From Trichoplax adhaerens (lineage: Eukaryota; Animalia; Placozoa), in the NCBI RefSeq assembly GCF_000150275.1, contig NW_002060975.1, positions 128,655-192,654 of the forward strand: a DNA stretch of 64,000 bases. The letters run 5' to 3'. A program made the position numbers and the translations under genes. Below are positions 10,991-21,794 of this stretch, in pieces (the first letter of the stretch is position 1; each line of letters starts with the position of its first letter). Below the pieces are notes generated by a model. It made no database searches. It worked only from the letters and a program-made list of their open reading frames with translations, and was not told the origin of the DNA.

Positions 10991-13900
10991 CTAAAACATA
11001 CATAACGAGACAGCCATCGCAGCAACAACTAAAATTTACTTATATGTTATTTTCGTTGGCGTCGCAAAGCTAACCAAGTGGTAGAAAAGATAGACAATGC
11101 TATATTTCCGTCAACCTGTCAGATCAAATGACATTATAAAATTTTTGTCATAAATGTAATCACTAGACGAAATGCAATCTTAGATGACCGCATGACAATC
11201 TATAGGAGAAAAATGTAATAAACCTTTTGGTAAGTATTCCTATTACTTACGAGAAACAAGTAGAGTGCTATTATAGAATTACACAAGGATTTGATTAATT
11301 TGCTACAAACATTATGAAAAGTTTCAATTCGAATTTGAGAACTACATAAAGTATAATAGCGCATTAATCGAACTGCCATATAAAGTACTCAGGGTTAGCA
11401 ATATATAAACATACAGTGTTACACATAGATAATCCGCAAAAATATTTACAAGATCACCAAATAATTGTGCCATATAAAGCAGGTATTATTAGGATCATCT
11501 TGCACTGAACAGCCCATATTTACATTTAACAAAAACCACGTACACTGCCTTACTTCCTGGATACAACGGTAAAATTAATGTTTGTATATCTTTGCACATC
11601 AAGTAAGCAAGACCATTTATCAGTTACAATTTCCGTTAATGTGCCCATATTGCGAGTATTACGTAGTTATAAGTACTCAAGTACTTCTAGGAGAAAAGCA
11701 ATTAATTACGAAGAAAAACGCTACAGCGATAACGATAAAGTAAACAGAAAATTTCAGTGTTCCGATTTGCATTCCCTATAAATATAAGCAATAATTGTAT
11801 CTTTAACTTGACAGGATTAATGCTAATAGTGCATCGCATAGTTATCTATTATTAGAGACTACAATAAATAGTAAGTAATTTAACGGAAACGATTAAAGAA
11901 ATAATCACATTTTTTCATTCAATTTTTGAACTTGCCTGATCAAGTCGGTTTCTAAGGTTTTTATTTTCTTCTTGTAATTGACTTTCAAATAAGGTCCGCT
12001 CTTCAAGTGACTTTTGTAGAGTTTTAATAGTCTCCATAGTCTTGGTATGCTGTCATCGATTTTTTGCCAATACAACCAGATTAGTTCGTAATTGTAAAAA
12101 ATATATCGGGACAATAATCATCTGGTTTAAGTATAGTACGTTTCAATTTTATACACACCTCATCTTTATTTGCGTCTAATTCGTCTTGTAATGTTCGCAA
12201 CTTTGAATCGTGCGCAGTCTTTTATGCAAGAAATTGTAATTAGAAATTATAACTTGAAAAATTACTAATCTTTCATTACGATAGAGGATGCAGCATACAA
12301 CGGTCACAAAGATTTCACCTTTAGCAAATCTATCTCCTTTTCTTTCGAAAACAGTTCAGCAGTAACTGATTGATACTTGCTTTGCAATTCATTGACAAAA
12401 ATTTTACTTGCTTCTTCTTCGCTTAATAATCTACAGCACATTTTAAAGGTTAAATTTTAAACTATACCAATATTAACAATCAGTATAATGTAAACTGTCA
12501 ATTCTTTTCCTTACCTATTAATTTGCTCCTGAAGCCGATTTTTTTCTTCTGTTAGATCTTTATTGTCTAAAAATTATGTAATCAACCAGGTGTTACATTG
12601 CATTAAAATATAAAAACAAGTCGTTCATCCATTTTGCTCTATGATTAGATGACAACAACACCTATGACAGCTTGCGCCTCGACGTGATTAATAGCTGTAT
12701 CAGGAATGCTATCCACTGTAAATGAGAAATTGTCCATCAAATAAATTTATTAGTTATCAATAGCTCCAGAAACAAATTTAGTTATAACTTCTTTTTAATT
12801 AGATTTCAATAAACCTATAGACTTGAGATAATTAAAAACATCCAGATCCATTTCTGTAAAAAATTAAATAAAAACTCATGTTGATATCGTTCGAAATGGA
12901 TAACGATAATGTATTTCTATTCAGAGATACAAAAATTTACATAATCGAAACTCAAGAAACCTTGTAACTTTTCTATTAAGCGCGTAATTATTTCCATCGC
13001 ATTTGTAGAAACGTTTCGAATGTCTTTAAATTAAATTAAATTAAAAAATTTTAATACAATTTTAATCAGCATATGGTAACTGTTAGCCTATTATTAGTAA
13101 GTACCTGTTGAGGCTATATTTGAAATTGCATCGGTAAAATTTAATTTTATTCGATAATTTGCTAACAATTCTTCACGTTCATTAATTTTAGCTAAAAACA
13201 ATAGTGACAGTAGTATCGATAACAGAGTATTATTTGTAAATAAAAATACTTCATGTGCAACATATGTGAGTTGTTAAGTAGCAAAATACATATTAACCTT
13301 TTGCAACCTTTAACATTTGATCCATTTCTTCACATTTTGTGTTTAATCCATCAACCTAGTGGTTTACAAAATGGTTTGACCTCTGATGAAGATAATAAGC
13401 ATAACTATCCATAAAGAAGTAAATACCTTTCCAATTAATTCATCATTATCGTTCTTGACAGTTTTTAATTCGTTACCTAAGTTCTTATTAGCATCTTCAA
13501 GCTAGAGAAAAGTAAATACAAATCTAATTACCAAATCTATAGGTTATACTTCGTACTGAAATCGGGAATTTAAGCAGTAACACATTGTATTTTATAACGA
13601 AAAAAGTAAAAAATACTAACCTGCATTTCAGCGAATACTTTATTTGCATTTAACTTTTCCATTAAATTATTTTGTAATGAGTCCTATGTAAAATTATAAA
13701 AGAAGGCATATTCCATAATCTATTTTTATATAGAAGTGTTGTAGCCGCTGGAAAGCTACAAAACTACTGAATTCAGCTACCGTACCAAGAAAATTAATCA
13801 CAATATGATCACTTAACGAGTACTAATCATAATTGGTTAAATTTTTCGAATTGATACGTGTAGTGTACTGTAAGCTCTACCTTTAATTGTAGTTCGCATC

Positions 13901-16900
13901 GATACTTTGCCTCTTGACTATCAATCAATTGCTCGCTAAAGGTATCTTTGTTGCCATTCTAGACAATATTAAGTTATCATCAATATTTAGTTCAAAACAC
14001 AATGATCAATAGATTATTTAACTAAGTCATAATTAGCTCTAATACATTGTAAATACCTTAGAAAATATTTCTAATTCAGACTCTAAAGTATCAATTCGCG
14101 CCAAAAGATAATCTTCTTTAATAGAACCCTATACCAAAAAAGTTGACTATATTACTGATAGACATTACCATGCATGTGGTAGACCGCCTTAGGTGAAAAT
14201 ACCTGTAAATTAATTTTCTGGCACTGCTGAACAGCCACTAGAGCTTCCACAACACTAGTTAATTTCATTTTTAAGCTTTTTTCACGTTGGACAGCTTCCT
14301 GTAACAATGAAAGATTGAACAAAATTAAATTAGCAAAATTTAAATTAAGGGGACTCCTTATACGTACCTTCATGTATTTAGACAGTTGAACTAATTCCTT
14401 TTTACTAATTTCTATTTTATCCTAAAATTGTAAATGTTACCCATTGGTTGTAGGAAAGTAAAATAAGATTAGTATCTGATAAATGCACGGAAGTCGTGGA
14501 TCAAGTGAAAGTTATCATCGATTGTTGCTCACATGTTGAACAATACGAACGGGAGGCGTTACAACATCTAGTATTTTATCAGGTGTAGGCATCCTAGGAA
14601 TATGATCAATCATTAATTCATTAGTAAGGTATACTGTACATAAAAAACGATAACAATAATAATAATAATAATAAAAAGATTAAAGTTTAACACTAAACTG
14701 TCATTCTAAACATTTACAGTAAACAACAATTTTGCTAGGTAGCTATTTTAATATATCAGAAATTAACTGTTACAGTGACATGGAGGCGAATCTCCATCAA
14801 TTTGTTTGTTCATGACTATATACTGTATATGCTTTAAGCTCATTTATATTACGTTAAGTAGGAGCGAGGTCAGTAATTTGCTGCAATATTGGCTGAAGAA
14901 CTCTCAGTAAATTAATAGTCATTTGTACAACATCTAATTAATGGTCTAGCCCAATGATACTGTGTATACTAAGGCATAGTCACTGAGATAAGCAATTAAC
15001 TTGACTTTCATTTTTGTAAGGAGACATCATCATAATAGGCTGGATCTTACATAAGAATAGAAGTCATTATCTAAATATGATGAAACTAATGAAGTTACAA
15101 TATTGCTACTGTATCTCAGGAGTTATTTTCATACATTAGAACAAGAAACTCCTGTTGGTGCAACGTCGTGTTATCAATCAAGTTCAGAAATAATAGTAAA
15201 ATAATAAGTAATCAACCTACCTCTCTCTAGGAATATCAGTTTCGATCGGCCATTCCAGACTTCCGATAATGCAATTATGATTTACTAGAAAGGCAGAAAC
15301 AAAAAATCAGTACTTTCTACGTTACCAGCATTGGTAGTAGATAAAGACGTTAATAGCATAGTTCTAGACCTGATTTTTATTACATAATAATAAGGTGATA
15401 TTTAATGACATAATTATTGATGTCTTGGACGCTTATGTTAAGCTTTATAGCACTATGATGGAACGTAAATATCTGACTAATTGGAGGATAACTCAGCAAT
15501 TGACAATAATTAATTATATTTAATAATAGTCCAATAGCAGTACCATTTTTATCAGCATCGACAACATCAATACCAAATTGTAGTAGATCGCCATTATGCA
15601 GTTCCTTAGCTTCGACATCGGTTACAATTCGAGCATTATTGACAAACGTACCATTACTACTATTTGTGTCCTTTAACCATAGCTGTAAGAAATGAGAATC
15701 AATTATGAGTCAGTAGCTAGAATAGTTGATTCAATACTTAAGCAATAGCAATTTAGGCCATCATGATTAACTACAAGAAATACAAGTTTTAGATACATTC
15801 AATTACTTCGTCTATAGTATACCATATCTTTAACTAAATGACTTTTATTTTATTCAATACTTGCGCTGTTCATTTTGGCGCAGTACGGTCAGTATCTATC
15901 TTATGATTCTCTCCCTTCCAACACTTGCGATATACAGCATATTATATCAAGAAAGCGCAAGGCATTAGAACATCAATGCCTTTGCGATATAGCTTAATTC
16001 AACAGTACATATATCATCCAAGATGAACATTTGACACGTACCCATGAAGAAGTAAAGAATTGCGCGTATAGAAGTAAAAATGACCTCTAATAGCAATAGA
16101 ATCACATATGTACGCACGTCGAAAGTCAAAAAACCAGCGTAATTATGCCGTGAAGTTTTACACAATTTTACTAGAGGTGTACGCATATGAGTAACTGTGT
16201 TCAGCTTCTCACTTAGCGGGTGGATCCTGAAGAAATTTTTTAAGCATCAAGGCTTTTAAATCAGTTTTGAACATGATTAACACTGCATTCGATAGTTTAA
16301 CGTCATTCTAAGCATGATCTTTGAGCGTTGAATAAGAACAACACTCCGCCAAGTCATTTTGGCAAGTTTAACGTCTTACGTCTAGGCACGGGATAATGAC
16401 TCATCCAGTAGCATCATCGACTGCTTGATACTCTGAAAATTGATGACACGAGTACTATTCATCAGGGTAGTTTCGGCTAAGGTCCACGAGCAATGCAGTC
16501 CGTCTATGAACAAGCGATACTTTCCGTATCCTTATTGCATTAACTCGCTCATGTGCAAACATGATATCCAGCAGTAAAATTTGTCCAATGACTCTGTCCA
16601 AGAGTTCAGACCACTAACGTGTAAACTTTGATATCTAGCAGTAACAATCTGTCCAAGAGATCAGACCACTACTGACGTGTAAACTTCAATATCTAGCAGT
16701 AACATCTGTCAAATGACTTTGTCCAGAGATCAGACCACAAACGTGTAAACTTCAATACCTAGCAGTAAAATGTGTCAAATAACTTTGTCCAAGAGATCAG
16801 ACCACTAACGAGTAAACTTTAATATCTAGCAGTTAAATCTGTCGACCACTAACGTGTAAACTTCAATACCTAGCAGTCAAATCTGTCAAATGACTCTGTT

Positions 16901-18396
16901 CAAGAGATCAGATCACTACCGACGTGCAAACTTCAATATCTAGTCGTCAAATCTGTCAAATGACTCTGTTCAAGAGATCAGACCACTACCGACGTGCAAA
17001 CTACAATATCTAGCAGTAAAATCTGCATATTAGCGATTTAATCGCTAATATGCAAACGTCAATATCAAGCAGTCAATCTATCAAACCACTTTGTCGAAGA
17101 CATTAGAAGGGCAGCAGTCAACTATTGGAGTCCATGGTGTACTGCATTTGCAGAATAGCATTAATAACTCGCTAATGTGCAAACTTGAATATCTCGCAGT
17201 AAAATTGATGGCTGTGACTCTGTCGAGGAGATGACCAGGCCAGCAGTCAACTAAACAGTACTGAATAGGAATGCAAGGACTACAGCCTTTGCAGAGTAAC
17301 GGATGTTCAAGATATATTTATTTGACAGCATCTCAAAGGGAATAGGACTATCTCAAAAGTTTCTTCAACATACTATATGCTACAGTCAGTGCCTGGTAAA
17401 GCAATGGAAGTGATGGAACAATAATAGTATTGACTTGAAGTGAGAAATAAGCGGATTGAGCCAACTCTGTGGGGATTGGCGCCTATCCCTTGCAGCAGAG
17501 AGTGACTAGAGATCATTGAAAGATGGGAGTGCGGTCGTATCATTTCTCGTCGAATGTAACCTAATAGTGTAGTAGATTTTCATGCATATGTTGTAAACAT
17601 GAACTATTACTTATCGCCTAGTCATTTCCTATCAACAGTTGATGTAGAGAGATGATACTATTTTTCAGTCCACGATGATAACGCAGCCATCGCATCGATG
17701 GATGCGAGTTCATCGGTCAAGAATAGTGTTGGTAGTCTACAAATGACATTTTGGCCATGGTACTGTCGTCAATGCAATAGAAAGTAAAATCTGAACTTTG
17801 CCATGAATCAATATCATTTGGAAAGTTACCCCATTAGCAATTCTCTAGCGTCAATAAGTCAAAGAGACTAGATTAGAATCAGCATGGTAGGAAAGACAAA
17901 AAATCCACTAAGAAAAGGCTAAAAACGATTGGATTGGACTCATGCCAGTGGCAGAGATCGTTTGCCCTAGTTGCAATGCATGCTAGTGTATAGTATGGTG
18001 CCAGGGCTGACAAGGCGGAAAAAATCATGTTGAAATGACAACTTGAATCATTGAATGTCATGTTGATCTTGGCTAAGAATGAGTATTCTGCTAGACGTAG
18101 ACAAGTACAAGGTATTGTATTTTGAAATCAAAGTCTACCATTGGCATGGCATGAAAAAAAAACAAGTCTCATTTTACTCCACTGCCTGTCCATACCTTGT
18201 TATCTTCGTACCACAAGATTGCGTGATTGCGTGACAAAACTTTACACGTAAATATCAAGTTATTGTCAGTCGGTTTAACTCGATAAGTCGATCGACCAAT
18301 CTTGACTGGTTTATTGACATCAATCAGTCGATCATTAAATAAGTGCGAGTGGCCGCAATACTTGAAAGAGACCAAAATATTCACATCGGCCGCCAT
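10991..18396 (-). CDS. SLMAP: Sarcolemmal membrane-associated protein (FHA domain + coiled coil + tail anchor; STRIPAK subunit), multi-exon; 3' end is 11677 or ~11047/10991 depending on the terminal exon
   Basis: Exon 1 18396-18196: MAADVNILVSF...PVKIGRS...FTCKVLSRNHAILWYEDNK. Exon 2 from 15682: LWLKDTNSSNGTFVNN...GDLLQFGIDVVD (FHA motifs GR, SRxH, SxNGTF). Later exons ELVQLSKYMK/EAVQREKSLKMKL/GSIKEDYLLARIDTLESEL match the SLMAP coiled coil. Hydrophobic terminal exon at 11775-11677. Confidence 0.92.
16550..17235. repeat. Degenerate ~60-65 bp tandem repeat (about 9-10 copies) in SLMAP intron 1
   Basis: Recurring unit GTGTAAACTTCAATATCTAGCAGTAAAATCTGTCAAATGACTCTGTCCAAGAGATCAGACCACTAAC, with internal deletions in some copies. 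Confidence 0.9.
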
Positions 18397-18450
18397 TTTG
18401 GAGAAAAAGTTAACCGTGCTCTCTTTTTCTCCAGCCACTGACGTCGTGGC

Positions 18451-18585
18451 AGTACAGTAGTGCTGGCTGAGTCCAGCCTGTACTGAGTATACTGTACTGT
18501 AGGACGGTGCCATACTGTACACTCTAGCCTCCACAGTGCAGAGTGTACAGTTTGAAAAGCCTACAGTACTGTACACTGTACTGTA
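18451..18585. promoter_or_regulatory. GTAC/ACAGT/ACTGT motif cluster at the SLMAP 5' end
   Basis: Strings such as TACAGTACTGTACACTGTACTGTAG lie 55-190 bp upstream of the ATG. The ATG itself sits in a YY1-like context (AAAATGGCGGC). Function is inferred. Confidence 0.6.
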
Positions 18586-18633
18586 GGCTTACGATGGCAA
18601 TAGAAGGGGAGACGGACGGATCTGGTCACAATC

Positions 18634-19860
18634 AACGCCAGTTTGCAAACTGCAACAGCATTCATGAAATTCTACAGGGGTACAGGAGAATCAAAGCCAG
18701 TTTGCAAACTGCAACAGCATTCATGAAATTCTACAGGGGTACAGGAGAATCAAAGCCAGTTTGCAAACTGCAACAGCATTCATGAACTTCTACAGGGGTA
18801 CAGGAGAATCAAAGCCAGTTTGCAAACTGCAACAGTATCAATGAACTTCTACAGGGGTACAAGAGAATCAAAGCCAGTTTGCAAACTGCAACAGTATCAA
18901 TGAACTTCTACAGGGGTACAAGAGAATCAAAGCCAGTTTGCAAACTGCAACAGCATCAATGAACTTCTACAGGGGTACAAGAGAATCAAAGCCAGTTTGC
19001 AAACTGCAACAGCATTCATGAACTTCTACAGGGGTACAAGAGAATCAAAGCCAGTTTGCAAACTGCAACAGTATCAATGAACTTCTACAGGGGTACAAGA
19101 GAATCAAAGCCAGTTTGCAAACTGCAACAGTATCAATGAACTTCTACAGGGGTACAAGAGAATCAAAGCCAGTTTGCAAACTGCAACAGCATCAATGAAC
19201 TTCTACAGGGGTACAAGAGAATCAAAGCCAGTTTGCAAACTGCAACAGCATCAATGAACTTCTACAGGGGTACAAGAGAATCAAAGCCAGTTTGCAAACT
19301 GCAACAGCATCAATGAACTTCTACAGGGGTACAAGAGAATCAAAGCCAGTTTGCAAACTGCAACCGCATCAATGAACTTCTACAGGGGTACAAGAGAATC
19401 AAAGCCAGTTTGCAAACTGCAACCGCATCAATGAACTTCTACAGGGGTACAAGAGAATCAAAGCCAGTTTGCAAACTGCAACCGCATCAATGAACTTCTA
19501 CAGGGGTACAAGAGAATCAAAGCTAGTTTGCAAACTGCAACTTCTACATGGATACAGTATCAGTAATTCAGTATCGACCCACATTGCAATAGAAGGAGTG
19601 ATGGACGGATCAGGTCAGAATCAAAGCCAGTTTGCAAACTGCAACTTCTACAGGGATACAGTATCAGTAATTCAGTATCCACTCACATTGCAATAGAAGG
19701 AGAGATGGACGAATCTGGTCAGAATCAAAGCCAGTTTGCAAACTGCAACAGCAATTAATGAACTTCTACATTGCAATAGAAGGAGAGATGGACAGATCTG
19801 GTCACAATCAATGCCAGTTTGCAAACTGTAACAGCATTAAATGAACTTCAACAGGGGTAC
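18634..19860. repeat. 59-bp minisatellite (16 copies in register, 18634-~19545) plus three longer variant units; each carries the palindrome CAGTTTGCAAACTG
   Basis: Unit AAAGCCAGTTTGCAAACTGCAACAGCATCAATGAACTTCTACAGGGGTACAAGAGAATC. The palindrome starts at 18639 + 59n up to 19524 (last copy has one mismatch), then at ~19628, ~19733 and ~19815. Confidence 0.97.
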
Positions 19861-21794
19861 AGTTACTACAGTACATCGGCTCACTGGAATTCCTTGGCAA
19901 CGCCAAGCATGCAAGAACGATAATAGAAAATCTATGCTAAATCAGGGACTATCGCTGATAATTAGAATTGAAAAGCCTGCTGTACAGTGTACAGCTATCA
20001 GTTGGAAGGGATACGTTCACGCTGAACTGATCAATAAAGTTGTAGTAAAGTGGAGCGTTGCCGACATACACTTGGGTGTTGTCAGTAAAGCATAAGCAAA
20101 TGGCTAGCAATCAATGGTACAGTATGGCATTAGTACAGCAGCAAATCCTCAGTTATATTGAATAGTCAAACACCTAGCTCATGATTCTTCGCGTACTTGC
20201 TTACAGTACAGTACTTTCTGATTTGTAGGATAAATAGTTTTTATATTTTTAGAAAAAAGGCGAATGAGCGCTTTCTTCCAAGAACCTCGCAAAACTGATG
20301 TACTGTATACCTATGATTGCACGCTACTGCACAAAACTGGAACAGCCGTCAATATAGGAACGTCATAACTTTCTTAGTGCAGATATCTCTTTAGTAAAGC
20401 TCACATCGCTAACAGAAATAAAATGCTACTTGCTTTCAACTCTCCTATTAGTCACTGTTTTAGTGTATGTACGACGCCATCACTATGTATTGACTGTATC
20501 TGTGATAATCAAGTAGATCGTCATCAATTACTGTACATTAACTTGCTGAAGGTACTGTCCGGATAGATGATTATTCAATACAACATACTGTACGTAGAAC
20601 TGTTAAAAAAAAGCGTATTACGCTGCCAGTAATTGCATTTGTTTACGCTATCATCATCCAAAAACGTAGCCATCGACAATTCTACTTTCGTAGTGACTTC
20701 GCACTAGGATAGAGTCCTTCCTTAAGGTTAAAATAGAATAGACGTGCATAATAAATAGCCTACGAGTAGAGGACGTGAAATACCTCCTCCATCGAGATAC
20801 ATAGTTTAAGCATGTACTGTAGTCGTACTGATCTGAATTGCATGCGCGAACATACGTACAGTACGTGAATCAGATCACTTTTATTGTTCATAAGTAATAC
20901 ACGCACTACGAGCATCAATACTGCATTCTATACGAGTAAATCGCAGTTATCATAGCTTACAATCTTCACCTCGATTATCCACTACAGTAGTACTCATCAA
21001 AAAATATCCGTACAAAAAAATGTTATCCTCTAGGCATTAAAATCACTTCTTCGTTGTAATTTTTCCTTTAATGCGTATAAAGTAAATAAGCGCATACTGC
21101 CAGCTATATGACCTAAGCAGGCATAAAATGATACTATGCATCCAAAATTATTTTCAGTTAAAATTTTTCCGGTTACAATGTTAAAATGTAATTATTTCCT
21201 AATATACCTATTTACTTTAATCAAGATATCCTAAGCGTTATTAATTTTTCGTACATACACGAGTATATATATATATATATGGATATTATAACAGCATACT
21301 ACATGGAATGCAAAATATACTGCATAGCAATTTTGCAACCATTTATAATTCCATCGTTAATCCGCACAGAAGCCAAAGTACCTCGCGGTGCATCCGAACA
21401 TAATCTTACATTAAGAAGTGAATAACATTCACAAGTACTATAAATACACTGCACTACACAGTGTCTATACGATATAAGTAAAATCTGCTTTGCCAATCTG
21501 CACTGCGTTACTATCATACATTTTCGCGTAGCAAAAGCATACACTAAAATGAAATTTAATAAATTAATTTACAAGCTAATACCATAATATTTTCGCGTTA
21601 CCAATATCAAAACAATACTGATTTCGATATTGTTATAATTATCTTTAGAATTAAAATCATTGAATAAGAATAAATTTGCGAATTAACGCCAGTATACACA
21701 TAAGGAAACTACTGCAATGAGATAGATAAAATTCGTCTTGTACCTAACTGCTTGGATTAATTGCCAATATCCTAACAATAGCCTAAAATGGAAC

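Noticed and set aside
11905-12114. ORF-track 69-aa ORF as the SLMAP last exon
   Set aside because: Wrong frame. The coiled-coil reading (HTKTMETIKTLQKSLEER...) with a phase-0 acceptor is in another frame.
14900-15040. Intronic C/D snoRNA in SLMAP (minus-strand ATGATGA ... CTGA)
   Set aside because: Boxes are about 130 nt apart with no terminal stem or recognisable rRNA guide; expected by chance in AT-rich DNA.
18634-19860. CRISPR-like array (regular palindromic repeats)
   Set aside because: The sequence between palindromes is itself repeated, so there are no unique spacers. No cas genes, and the context is eukaryotic. It is a minisatellite.
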